From NCBI GenBank assembly GCA_028864975.1, contig JAGWLG010000014.1, positions 1 to 64,000 on the forward strand: DNA of 64,000 nucleotides. Direction: 5' to 3'. Numbering within the stretch: position 1 is the first letter of the stretch; every line of letters begins with the position of its first letter. Under the pieces are notes generated by a model, which was given only the letters and a program-made list of their open reading frames with translations, ran no database searches and was not told where the DNA came from. Below, piece by piece: positions 9,401 to 17,225 of this stretch. The translations under genes and the position numbers were made by a program. This DNA is from Thermoplasmata archaeon (GTDB lineage: Archaea > Thermoplasmatota > Thermoplasmata > Lutacidiplasmatales > UBA184).

Positions 9401-9480
9401 CGCCCGAAGGGGTACGATCCTGGCCGGACGTCGAAGGGTCGAAGCTCGAGCTGCGGATCGTAAAAGCGCCGAACGTCTAG
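6439..9480 (+). CDS. ileS: Isoleucine--tRNA ligase (archaeal/type 2)
   Basis: GPPTANGKPHVGH (HIGH), GWDCHGLP, WTTTPWTLP, DWALSRNRYWGTP, KKMSKSKGN (KMSKS), EGLAREVVRRVQ. Confidence 0.97.
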   Translation: MSSSAAPASAPRSAPPGPGAPQSQVLAMERRVAEFWAREDIPGRALALHPNGPIFRFTEGPPTANGKPHVGHLMPRALKDFELRYRRMKGDRLISSMAGWDCHGLPVEVEIEKSHGWTNKKQILEYGIGPFAQDCRKSVMKYADIWQQFSERIGFWLDYAHPYFTMDPWFMESVWWSLKELYTKGLLEKGHYVVPYCPRCETPEATHEVAQGYRDTTDPSVTLRLRLTDGPAGGRTTYLLVWTTTPWTLPSNLAVAVGSEMDYVAFEGEGGDEYLLAESALARYFPSEEGRPKVVRREKGSSLVGRTYEPPFPGMVGATPQRFRTYAATFVTAEEGTGLVHVAPSFGVDDYQLGEKVGLGVFDPLDSSGRFTSQVPLVAGKWFKEADKLLMEELHARGVLWRRSTYKHTYPFCWRCDRPLMYRALDTWFVRTHKIREKLLANNAQVTWDPAHLKDGRFGNFVAEGKDWALSRNRYWGTPLPIWNCPKGHQVAVGSFEELSKLHGGPLPTSFDPHRPTVDELSLTCPEHREPLVREPYVIDTWYDSGSAPFAQFHWPFAKGTPFEVDAPLDFVAEAIDQTRGWFYTLLVISTALFDRPPFRHVLCHGHGLDDEGKKMSKSKGNVDDPMQVLERMGADPTRLTIYLSSYTESFRLGDLAIRQGGLRMLTTLLNVLEFYRSNWEVDRVPPAVEAPAPKDPLDRWLLSRLSDVVATTDQALLSFDARRASSTLEAFVQEISTWWLRRSRPRFWEEGPSERKVGAYRTLSFVLLTLGGLLAPLAPYTAEELHQKVSSTDFGKGASSVHLEPFPSWRGARDLALETAMSDVLALVETVRRLRMEAGVRARMPLEELLVGGLAPGTVEAMGPSLVPLLQEELNVKRVEMMTAERSSTREFPSDRWVVHRPTESGGPSVALSRKPSRELFLEGLAREVVRRVQMTRKELRLAISDRIRLELWAEGDLAEAVQAHQEWISKECLVSDLAVASGSPSSPEGVRSWPDVEGSKLELRIVKAPNV

Positions 9481-10190
9481 CGCGCCGACGGGCGGGGGGC
9501 CCCGTCGTCGAGGGGATGTTCCACCACCGGCCCCCGGGGCCGCTCCTCGGCGAAGATCTCCGAGCGGAAGCTCCAGAAGCGCGGGCCCGGCCTCCGCCAG
9601 GCCGCGGGGGAGAGCCCCGCCTTGACGCAGGTGTAGGAAAGGAAGGTCTCCACGTCCCATCCTTCGTCCACCGGGACCTGGGGGAGCAGGACGCCCCGGA
9701 GCCCGCCCTCCTCGACCATGAGTCCGTCGCGCCCCACCTTGACCATGTCGAGAAGGTCCAGGGGCTTCCGCGCGACCACCGGCACGGCAGGAGTGAGCAG
9801 AGAGAGCTCGACGCGGATGCGGCCAAGCTCCCCTCGGGAGAGCGGAGGGAAGCGGGGATCCTCCTTAGCGGCGTAGAGGGCCGCTCGGGGAATGCCCTGC
9901 CGCAGCCGGAAACGGGGCTCGGTGAACCCGATGCACCCCCTGAGGTCCGAGGAAGGATGCTGAAGTAAGGTCACGAAGAGCCCCCGCTTCTCCTCGAAGA
10001 GCATGGGGAGGTCCTCCGCCTCGGCGAACGACCCCGGGTCCTTCTCCTCGGGCCAGTCCAGACAGCTCTCGAGCGCTCGTCGCGCTAGGCTCACGGCGAC
10101 GCTCCCCTCTTCGAGCGAGGTCACATTCCCTCTATGGCTTGGCGGCGGTTTTACGGTTCTCGGTCGGCTCCCCCAGGGGGGCCCAGGCAC
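9477..10190 (-). CDS. AMMECR1-domain protein (TIGR00296 / AmmeMemoRadiSam protein A)
   Basis: RGLFVTL, LRGCIG signature, DPRFPPL, GVLLPQV, CVKAGL. The start may be the internal GTG (VTSLEE). Confidence 0.9.
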   Translation of the reverse strand: MPGPPWGSRPRTVKPPPSHRGNVTSLEEGSVAVSLARRALESCLDWPEEKDPGSFAEAEDLPMLFEEKRGLFVTLLQHPSSDLRGCIGFTEPRFRLRQGIPRAALYAAKEDPRFPPLSRGELGRIRVELSLLTPAVPVVARKPLDLLDMVKVGRDGLMVEEGGLRGVLLPQVPVDEGWDVETFLSYTCVKAGLSPAAWRRPGPRFWSFRSEIFAEERPRGPVVEHPLDDGAPRPSAR

Positions 10191-10406
10191 CTATCTGCGC
10201 AGCGGAAGGCGGACCCAACGACCCTGGTCGTCCTGCGTCCAAAGGACCAAGCCCCCGGTCCAAGGGAACGCCTCGACGTGGAGCGGGGTCCCGAGCAGGG
10301 GGATCACGTGTCGGTCCCCTTGAGGGAGATCCGGGGCCCCACTACGGCGAACCGGGGGGGGCTGGGGGGCGCGGTCCAGGGGGCGTTTCCGCTCCCGCTC
10401 CATCAT
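10191..10406 (-). CDS. Small hypothetical protein (71 aa)
   Basis: A TCTTAAG box lies about 25 nt upstream of the ATG, GC3 bias is coding-like, and the stop directly abuts the AMMECR1 ORF. Confidence 0.5.
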   Translation of the reverse strand: MMERERKRPLDRAPQPPPVRRSGAPDLPQGDRHVIPLLGTPLHVEAFPWTGGLVLWTQDDQGRWVRLPLRR

Positions 10407-10430
10407 CAGAGTTCTATCGGCCCAGCCGGC

Positions 10431-10511
10431 TTAAGATAGTTGGCCTTGGAGACGTGAGGAAAGTTCGATTTCGGGAGCCTTAGCGGACCTGCGAGGTTCA
10501 AGGTTCAAATA
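10431..10511. promoter_or_regulatory. Divergent promoter region with two TATA-like boxes
   Basis: TTAAGATA at 10431 (reads TATCTTAAG on minus, serving the 10406 ATG) and TTCAAATA at 10504-10511, 26 nt before the rpl40e ATG. Confidence 0.5.
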
Positions 10512-10536
10512 CCCGGGCCCAGGTGGCGCGGGTCCC

Positions 10537-10689
10537 ATGCCGTTCGCCGAAGCCACTGCCCGGCTCCTGAACAAGAAGATCTGCATGAACTGCTCCGCCC
10601 GGAACCCTCCTCGCGCGGTGCAGTGCCGCAAGTGCGGTTACCACGGGCTCCGCGTGAAGTCGAAGGAGCGCGCGGGCAAGACGAAATAG
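10537..10689 (+). CDS. rpl40e: 50S ribosomal protein L40e (50 aa; absent from the ORF track)
   Basis: Translated by hand: [50 protein letters not shown], with the CxxC..RNP..CRKCGY zinc ribbon. Confidence 0.95.
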   Translation: MPFAEATARLLNKKICMNCSARNPPRAVQCRKCGYHGLRVKSKERAGKTK

Positions 10690-10718
10690 GGCCGACACCA
10701 CCTCGCGGAGCGTCGCGC

Positions 10719-11513
10719 TCAGGCCGGACCCTGCGGAGCGGAGGCGCCCTGGGCCACGGGGAGTCGACGGGCCATCCTACTCTCCTGGGAGAGCTGGAAA
10801 CGCTTGTTCAGGAGGAACATCCAGTTGGTCAGTCCATCTCGCCAGCTGGAGAGCTTAGGTCGTCCCCAGCGCTCGGCGTAATGGATCGGCACTTCCTCGA
10901 ACTTGAGGCCCCGGAGCATCGCCTCGAGCTTGATCTCCTCGGAGAAGGACATCCCGTCCTGGTGGAGCTTCATCGAGCCGAGGGCGGAGCGACGGAAGAC
11001 CCAGAAACCGCTCTGAGAGTCGACCAGCACGCGGGCGGGGACCCCCTGAAGGCACGAGTGAAAGAAGACGGAGACGGTCAGGTTCAGCAACAGGTTCCCG
11101 ATCCGATGCTCCGTGGTCATGGACTTGGGCGCGAGGTAGGTCAAGCGGTCGCCCGTCAAGAAGTCCTTCTGATGGTAGAGGAGATGGAGCAGGAACCAGG
11201 GGACCATGTCGGCGGGGTAGGTCCCGTCCCCGTCGAGGGTCGCGACGTAGTCCCCGGTCGCGTGCTCAAAGCCGGTCTTGTACGCACGACCGTAGCCCCT
11301 CCGGGGCTCGTCGATCACCTTGGCCCCCAGGCGCCGAGCGATGTCCTGCGTTCCGTCGGACGACGCCCCATCCACGACGATGATCTCCCACTCCACGGGG
11401 GCCTTCAGGAAGAGTGACCGGTTGGCCCCTTCGGCCGCCGCCCGGAAGGTGGTTAGGGTCCGTCCGATCCCCTCCGCTTCGTTGAGCGTGGGAATGACCA
11501 GGGTCGCTCGCAT
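10719..11513 (-). CDS. GT2 glycosyltransferase, polyprenyl/dolichyl-phosphate sugar synthase-like
   Basis: VIPTLNE, VVDGASSDGT, GYGRAYKTG, TLDGDGTYP, DSQSGF, VPIHYAERWGRPKL. Confidence 0.85.
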   Translation of the reverse strand: MRATLVIPTLNEAEGIGRTLTTFRAAAEGANRSLFLKAPVEWEIIVVDGASSDGTQDIARRLGAKVIDEPRRGYGRAYKTGFEHATGDYVATLDGDGTYPADMVPWFLLHLLYHQKDFLTGDRLTYLAPKSMTTEHRIGNLLLNLTVSVFFHSCLQGVPARVLVDSQSGFWVFRRSALGSMKLHQDGMSFSEEIKLEAMLRGLKFEEVPIHYAERWGRPKLSSWRDGLTNWMFLLNKRFQLSQESRMARRLPVAQGASAPQGPA

Positions 11514-11558
11514 GCTGCGTTAGGGTGGAGGCTGCGTCGCCATGATAAGAACGCACCC

Positions 11559-12041
11559 TTGACCCGGCCCATGCGCGCCCGCAGGGAGGGCTCTGGAGAG
11601 GTCGATGAGGAGCCCCCCGGGAGGGGCCCTGCCCACTGGAAGTTCGGAACGACCGCGGATGTCGGGATCGGGGCCCGAGCGTCCACCCCGCAGGAGCTCT
11701 TCGCCCAACTGGGGCTGGGGTTCACCGACCTGGTCTCCGACCGCTCGAAGGTCTCCCCCGTGGAAACACGAGAGGTGGTCGCCCACGCGAAGACCCTCGA
11801 GGGGCTCGTGGTCGACTTCCTCACCGACCTTATCGAGCTCTTCGACGAGGAAGGGTTCCTCTGTTCGCGGATCGAGATCGCCCTGGAGGGGAGCCCCCCC
11901 GAAACCCTTCGCGGACGACTGCAGGGCGAGCTCTACGACCCGAAACGCCACCCCATCCATGTCCAGGTGAAGGCGGTCACCCTTCACCGACTGCAGATCG
12001 ACCTCAGCAAGGGCCGGGCAAGGGTCATCGTCGACATCTAG
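11559..12041 (+). CDS. Archease
   Basis: TTADVGI (canonical HTAD with His replaced), QELF, LVVDFLTDLI, VKAVTLH, VIVDI C-terminus. Confidence 0.85.
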   Translation: MTRPMRARREGSGEVDEEPPGRGPAHWKFGTTADVGIGARASTPQELFAQLGLGFTDLVSDRSKVSPVETREVVAHAKTLEGLVVDFLTDLIELFDEEGFLCSRIEIALEGSPPETLRGRLQGELYDPKRHPIHVQVKAVTLHRLQIDLSKGRARVIVDI

Positions 12042-12049
12042 GGCGAGGG

Positions 12050-12079
12050 GGGAGAGGGTGAGCCAGCCCTCTCCCTTTT
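12050..12079 (+). terminator. Hairpin + T-run between convergent archease and aminotransferase genes
   Basis: Perfect 9-bp stem GGGAGAGGG (12050-58) / CCCTCTCCC (12067-75), 8-nt loop, followed by TTTT. Confidence 0.6.
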
Positions 12080-12088
12080 CTCGCGTTG

Positions 12089-13318
12089 CTACGGGAGCAG
12101 CGCCTCGAAAGCCGAGACCCCGGGCCCCATGGCGGCGACCTTGCCCATGCGGAACATCTCCCGCTCGACCGCGGCGATCCCCGTGAGCACTTCCCCGAAG
12201 CTCGCGATCCCCATGTGGCCGATCCGGAAGATCTGGCCCTTCGCCTGGCCCTGGCCCCCGGAGACGATGACGTTGTGGCGGTCCCGAAGCGCGGCGCGGA
12301 AGGCGGAGTCCTCCACCCCGGTCGGGTAGCGGATCGCGGTCACCGTGTTCGAGGCGAAAGGTTCCTCGGGGAAGAGCGAGAGCCCCATCGCCTTCACCGC
12401 GGCGCGGGTGGCCTCGGCCATGAGACGCGTGCGGGCCTGCCGGCGCTCGACCCCTTCCTCCTTGAGGAGGAGCAGAGCCTCCCGCAGCGCAAGGAAGAGC
12501 GGGACGGCGGGGGTGAAGGGGGTGTCGTCCTTCTCGAGGCTCTTCACGTGCTCCGCGAGGTCGTTGTAGAAGGTCTGGGGCGCAAGCCGTGCCTTGGCGC
12601 GCTCCGACAAGTGGACGAGGGCGAGGCCCGGGGGCGCCGCGAGCCCTTTCTGGCTCCCGACGACGATCGCATCCACCTGGGCCGCTTCGCCCGGGGTAGG
12701 AAGCCCAGGAAGGGCGCTGATGGCGTCGACCAGGAAGAGCGCTTCGTGCTTCTTGGCGAGGGTCCCCACGCTCTCGAGCGCGTTCGTGAACCCCACCGAG
12801 GTCTCGTTGTAGACCATGGCGACCGCCTTGGGTGAGTTCTGCTCCAAGGTGGCCTTCAAGAGTTCCAGGCTGACGGGCTTCCCCCACGGGGCCCGGACGG
12901 GTACGAGCTGCCCGAAGCGGTCGACGAGCTTCTCCATCCGGTCGCCGAAGTGGCCGTTCGAGACGACCACGACCTTCTCGTTCTTCTTCACCAGACCCGA
13001 GACCATCGCCTCGAGACCGGCGGTGCCGCTGCCGCTCAGGACGACCTGGTTCCCCTTCTGGCCGAACACGAGCGGGAGGAGCTCCTTGATCTCGTGAACG
13101 AGGCCGTGGAAGTACTCCCCGCGGTGGTTCAACGAGGGCGCGGCCATGGCCTGCTGGATCCGAGGGTGGAGCTTGACCGGTCCTGCGAGCAGGAACGTGC
13201 TCGTGTAGGGGTCGAAGAGCGATCCGCTCAGGACCGACGAGGAGCTGGAGCTCCGCGTGGTGGGGGCGCCGGTGGTCGACGGAGGGGAGGGCTTCGCTGG
13301 GGCGCTGACCGCGTTCAT
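12089..13318 (-). CDS. Class V PLP aminotransferase (serine-pyruvate/alanine-glyoxylate family; candidate phosphoserine aminotransferase)
   Basis: LLAGPV, SGSGTAGLEA, YNETSVG, LVDAIS, GSQKGLAAPPG (PLP Lys), FRIGHMG. The start overlaps the serA stop (ATGA). Confidence 0.9.
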   Translation of the reverse strand: MNAVSAPAKPSPPSTTGAPTTRSSSSSSVLSGSLFDPYTSTFLLAGPVKLHPRIQQAMAAPSLNHRGEYFHGLVHEIKELLPLVFGQKGNQVVLSGSGTAGLEAMVSGLVKKNEKVVVVSNGHFGDRMEKLVDRFGQLVPVRAPWGKPVSLELLKATLEQNSPKAVAMVYNETSVGFTNALESVGTLAKKHEALFLVDAISALPGLPTPGEAAQVDAIVVGSQKGLAAPPGLALVHLSERAKARLAPQTFYNDLAEHVKSLEKDDTPFTPAVPLFLALREALLLLKEEGVERRQARTRLMAEATRAAVKAMGLSLFPEEPFASNTVTAIRYPTGVEDSAFRAALRDRHNVIVSGGQGQAKGQIFRIGHMGIASFGEVLTGIAAVEREMFRMGKVAAMGPGVSAFEALLP

Positions 13319-14265
13319 GTTCTACGTGCCTCGGGGTTCACACAGTACTCGGGGGTCTCCCCCCGAAGGACCTTCAAGACCTGCTCGACGGTGACGGACC
13401 CGGCCCGGGCCTGCGCTTCATGCGTCGAGGCCCCGATGTGGGGGGTGACCACGACCTTGGGGTGCGCGAGGAGCTGCGCGTTCTTGGGAGGCTCCTCTTC
13501 GAAGACGTCCAGCCCGGCCCCCGCAAGGTGGCCCGATTCCAGCGCCGCCAGGAGCGCCGCTTCGTCCACGAGCCCCCCGCGCGCGACGTTCAGCACGATG
13601 GCCCCTTTGGGGAGACGGGAGAGGTTCCCTGCGTTCAGGAGGTTCTTGGTCTCCGGGGTGAGCGGAGTGTGGAGCGAGACCACCTGGCTGCTGGCCAGGA
13701 GCTCCTCGAGCGAAAGGAGCGGTGCCCCGTCCGGGGACTTGGTGAGGTAGGGGTCGTACGCCTGGACCTTCATTCCGAAGGCCTTGAGCCGGTTCCCCGC
13801 CTCGCGTGCGATACGTCCGTAGCCGATGAATCCTACCGTCCGACCCGCGAGCTCGAGCCCGTTGCCCGCCTTCTTCCATTCCCCCTTCTTGAGCGAAGGG
13901 ACCTGGGAGCCCAGGTCGCGCGCGACGGCGACCAGGAGCCCCACGACGAGCTCGGCGACGCTGGTGGTGGCGGCGGCCGGAGCGTTGACGACCGGGATGC
14001 CCCTCTTCGTGGCCGCGGCCACGTCGATATTGTCCACGCCGACCCCGGCGCGTCCGATGACGGTCAGCTTCTCCCCCCGCGAGATCATCGCGGCATCGAC
14101 CTTCGTGCGGCTCCGCACGAGGAGCGCCTGGGCGGACGGGAGGTCGCGCTCCAAGGCCTCCTTTCCCGAGGTCGCGTCAGCGACCCGGGCGTGGCGCGAG
14201 AGCTCCGCGACCGCCTCCTTGTCCAGAGGGTCGGCCACCACGGCGAGGGGCTGTGCAACGCTCAC
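13315..14265 (-). CDS. serA: D-3-phosphoglycerate dehydrogenase / D-2-hydroxyacid dehydrogenase without ACT domain
   Basis: LLVRSRT, GRAGVGVDNID, GFIGYGRIA, LNVARGG, LDVFEEEP, TPHIGAST. GTG start placed at 14265. Confidence 0.8.
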   Translation of the reverse strand: MSVAQPLAVVADPLDKEAVAELSRHARVADATSGKEALERDLPSAQALLVRSRTKVDAAMISRGEKLTVIGRAGVGVDNIDVAAATKRGIPVVNAPAAATTSVAELVVGLLVAVARDLGSQVPSLKKGEWKKAGNGLELAGRTVGFIGYGRIAREAGNRLKAFGMKVQAYDPYLTKSPDGAPLLSLEELLASSQVVSLHTPLTPETKNLLNAGNLSRLPKGAIVLNVARGGLVDEAALLAALESGHLAGAGLDVFEEEPPKNAQLLAHPKVVVTPHIGASTHEAQARAGSVTVEQVLKVLRGETPEYCVNPEARRT

Positions 14266-14416
14266 GTTCCCGCCCACGACCCCTCCCGTATCAGCCTTTT
14301 TGCCGGTCCAGGACCCCGGCCGCCCGGTTCCGATCCACCTCCGCCCCCTATCAGGGAGGTAACCACGAGGCGTAGGGTCAAGGCCTGAAGGTCGGATTCT
14401 AGGCCCGGAGATCAGC

Positions 14417-15346
14417 GTGAGCGCCTCGTCAGAGAGGTCCGGACCCTCGCATCGAGCCCGCCTTCCGCGCTTGCGGTGGTCCAAGGTCCTGGCGGTCGTC
14501 CTGCTCGTGCTGTCGGTCCCGGTGATGGGGGTCGTGGTGGGTTGGTATGGGATGAACCCCCGCGCCAACGAAGCCTATGCCCCGGTAGGGAGCGATGCCC
14601 ATCTTCTGCTCAACAACTTCCCGGATTCGCGTCTCGTGGTCGAGCTCGATGCTGCGCCGGGCTACGCCCCGCCCGCGAGCGCGGTCTCGACGCTTCTCGA
14701 CCGAATCAACGAGACGACCTCGAAGAGCTCGGTCTCGGTGGTCTCGTACACCATCTCCACGACCAGCTCCAGCTGGACCACCAGCGACCTTCTCGCCCTT
14801 CAGGCGTCCGTCCGCCAGTCCTGGCCGAGCTGGGGGACCATGACGGTCTGCTATCTCTTCGTCCCGGGGACCTTCCAGGAGGGCTCCTCGGCGATCGGGG
14901 TCGCCTATCGGGGAAGCTCGATCGCGGTCTTCCCCGACGTGATCACCGCGAACATCCCATCGTACGACCCCCAGCTCTTCCCCGAGATGATGACCACCGT
15001 CCTGGTCCACGAGTTCGGACACGAGCTCGGCCTGGTCGGACTCGTCGGCTCCGCGCCCAACGAGGACCCGGCTCACCCGGGGCACTCGACCGACACGAAC
15101 GATGTCATGTACTGGCAGGTCGAATCGACCTCGTACCTACCGGGGATCCTCTCCGGGCCGCCTCCTCCCACGCAGTTCGACAGCGCCGACCTCCAGGACC
15201 TGCAGACCGTCCGCTCGACCGTGATCCCGCTTGAGGTTCTGCCCTACCTGTGGTTGCTCTTGGTCGCCCTCGTCGTGGTCCTTGTGGCCGCCTGGGGACG
15301 CTGGCCCCGACGCAAGGGACGGGCCGCTGTGAGTTCGCCGGCGTGA
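14417..15346 (+). CDS. Membrane-anchored zinc metalloprotease (metzincin-like)
   Basis: HEFGHELGL zinc motif, downstream HPGH, DVMY Met-turn, N- and C-terminal TM helices. Confidence 0.75.
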   Translation: MSASSERSGPSHRARLPRLRWSKVLAVVLLVLSVPVMGVVVGWYGMNPRANEAYAPVGSDAHLLLNNFPDSRLVVELDAAPGYAPPASAVSTLLDRINETTSKSSVSVVSYTISTTSSSWTTSDLLALQASVRQSWPSWGTMTVCYLFVPGTFQEGSSAIGVAYRGSSIAVFPDVITANIPSYDPQLFPEMMTTVLVHEFGHELGLVGLVGSAPNEDPAHPGHSTDTNDVMYWQVESTSYLPGILSGPPPPTQFDSADLQDLQTVRSTVIPLEVLPYLWLLLVALVVVLVAAWGRWPRRKGRAAVSSPA

Positions 15347-15368
15347 GCTGCGCCGCGCAGATCCTCGG

Positions 15369-15650
15369 TCAGTGGCTCTTGGAGGGCGCGGGTCCCTTCG
15401 AAGGCGTACGCCACTTTTGGAGCGTCTCGAGGATAGGGTCCGCGTGGAAGACCAAAATGGCGCCGAAGGCGAAAGGGAAGATCCCCAGCGACCAGATCGC
15501 GTCGAACGTAGCGACCCAGGTGTAGAAGAGCGCCAGTCCAAGGATCATCAGGAAACCCCCGAGAACCATCTCGGCGCCCGTGGGATGCCCCCCGGTCCGG
15601 AAGCTGACGACCGCCTGCGGCGGCGGGTGATGGCTCTCCTCGCAGCTCAT
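15369..15650 (-). CDS. Small 2-TM membrane protein
   Basis: MSCEESHH... with two hydrophobic stretches (VLGGFLMILGLALFYTWV; LGIFPFAFGAILVF). Confidence 0.55.
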   Translation of the reverse strand: MSCEESHHPPPQAVVSFRTGGHPTGAEMVLGGFLMILGLALFYTWVATFDAIWSLGIFPFAFGAILVFHADPILETLQKWRTPSKGPAPSKSH

Positions 15651-15699
15651 GGAGAGGCCGCGCAGAGAAAGGGGGAAGATAAGCCTGGGGGAGGGTCCG

Positions 15700-16383
15700 T
15701 CATCTTCGCTCGGGCTCCCATCGGCGGCCCGGCCGGGAACCCGGGCCTGGAGCACCGCCAGAGGCCCTCAAGGCTGGCTCCGGGAGCGGCTCGGGCTCGT
15801 CGTAGGAGGGGTCACCCTTCCTCAGGAACTCGACCATCTTCCCGGGACGCCGCCGCCCCCAAGGGCGAGAGCGGACCTTGAACCCGGCCCCCTTCATCCG
15901 CTTCTTCACATCGTCGAAGGCCTGCGCGCTCAGGTCGAGCTCCATCGGTCGGAACGTTTCCGTGCCCTCCTCCCGGCCAGGGAGGGGGACGTAGACCACG
16001 ACCTCCATCCCCGGGGAGCGCCCGCGACCCCCTCGAAGCTCCCGGTCATCGTACGCCATCGAGACCGGTCGGTCCTCCCAGGCGATACGGATCGGCTCCC
16101 CCTTGCGGAACCGGAGCACGAGGGCATCGTCGCGGGTCTCCACGCTCTCGGGGTGGGGCCGTCGGAGGAAGGCCTGGGAGAGCGGAACCGCCGCGATGCA
16201 GTAGACCAGGATCGCCAGCAGGACCTGGAACGTCGTATAGGGAGGGTAGGGGCTCAGGCTCTGCAGGATGTAGCCCACGAGGAGCCAGGTGGCGACGCCG
16301 AGGAGCACCCCCGCGAGGACGAGGTTCAGCCTTCGCGAGGACGCACGGAGCCGTGCTTGGGCCGTCGTGTCGTACCGGGTCAT
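15700..16383 (-). CDS. Hypothetical 2-TM membrane protein with soluble beta-rich C-terminal domain
   Basis: Two TM segments followed by a charged domain. Coding-like GC3; no family recognised. Confidence 0.65.
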   Translation of the reverse strand: MTRYDTTAQARLRASSRRLNLVLAGVLLGVATWLLVGYILQSLSPYPPYTTFQVLLAILVYCIAAVPLSQAFLRRPHPESVETRDDALVLRFRKGEPIRIAWEDRPVSMAYDDRELRGGRGRSPGMEVVVYVPLPGREEGTETFRPMELDLSAQAFDDVKKRMKGAGFKVRSRPWGRRRPGKMVEFLRKGDPSYDEPEPLPEPALRASGGAPGPGSRPGRRWEPERR

Positions 16384-16611
16384 GGAGAAGGAGAGCTCCC
16401 CCCCGGTGTCCCCCGGCCGTAACGGAGCGCTTCACGGTGGGCGTTTCGGCCCTCTCTGCGTCCTGACCCGGCCGGGGCTGTTGGACACCGTGGTTGTCCT
16501 CTCTTCATCCCGTGCGGACGACCCGTCCGCAAGGTGGTCCGGAGGGACCCTTCGTCGGCATCCAGGTGCCCCCTTGCGGGGGACCGGGGAAGACCACGCT
16601 CCCGCCCCACT
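16384..16611 (-). ncRNA. Candidate structured RNA / cis-regulatory leader
   Basis: Stems 16404-11/16483-90 (8 bp), 16412-18/16470-76 (7 bp), 16513-20/16524-31 (8 bp), 16534-39/16592-97 (6 bp) and 16569-73/16578-82 (GCAA tetraloop on minus), plus a GAAA-containing loop at 16443-48. No known family recognised. Confidence 0.4.
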
Positions 16612-17181
16612 TCAACCCTCCGCCTCGACCTCGGGCCGCTCCTCCCCACCGCCCACGGGCTCCTCTCGAGAGAACAGATAGACCGCGAGCGCGAGCCCCC
16701 CCAGGGTAGGCACGAGCGCCACCGCATAGATCGGCGCCTGGACCCCGAGGAGGGAGATGGCGATGAGCAGCGATAGCGCGCCGCCCAGGGCGGGGACCGC
16801 AGCTTGGGCGATGACCGCGCCGAGGAGGGGTGGGAGCTCTCCCGGGGCCGGGACCGACGTGTGGAAGAGCAGGACCAGGCCGACCAGAAGGGCGCAGGTT
16901 AGGCCTGGCGCTCCCCCCAGCAGTCCCAGTACGGCGACGATCCACACCGTTCCCGCTGGAAGGGTGCTGATCGACGGGACGGGGTTGGGCATGCGTCGAA
17001 GCAGCATCCCCACGACGGCGGACGCCAAGAGCGCGAGGAGCAACGGCAGACTCCCCCAGGCTGGCCCTCCCGCGAGCGACCAGAGCGGGAAGGGGACGAA
17101 CAGCAGCAGCGCCGCGAGGAGCTCATACGCCCCTGGACGGGCCCTCCGAAGCAAGGGGGGGCGTGCTTGGGCCCTGGCCAT
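16612..17181 (-). CDS. Hypothetical multi-pass membrane protein (MoxR operon)
   Basis: Five to six hydrophobic segments, co-oriented downstream of DUF58. Start placed at ATG 17181. Confidence 0.65.
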   Translation of the reverse strand: MARAQARPPLLRRARPGAYELLAALLLFVPFPLWSLAGGPAWGSLPLLLALLASAVVGMLLRRMPNPVPSISTLPAGTVWIVAVLGLLGGAPGLTCALLVGLVLLFHTSVPAPGELPPLLGAVIAQAAVPALGGALSLLIAISLLGVQAPIYAVALVPTLGGLALAVYLFSREEPVGGGEERPEVEAEG

Positions 17182-17225
17182 GGCGTGGTAGGACGTGTAC
17201 TCCCCGAGGGCGTGGGGGGGGACCG

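Noticed and set aside
6225-9968. Long alternative-frame/antisense ORFs (e.g. 6225-8129, 8181-9968, 11520-12887, 61694-63325)
   Set aside because: They overlap well-supported genes, are Arg/Gly/Pro-rich with no motifs, and are expected shadows in high-GC DNA.
10456-10467. GAGGAAAGTTCG resembling RNase P RNA conserved region I
   Set aside because: Only ~70 nt remain before rpl40e, and there is no matching P4 partner or CR-V.
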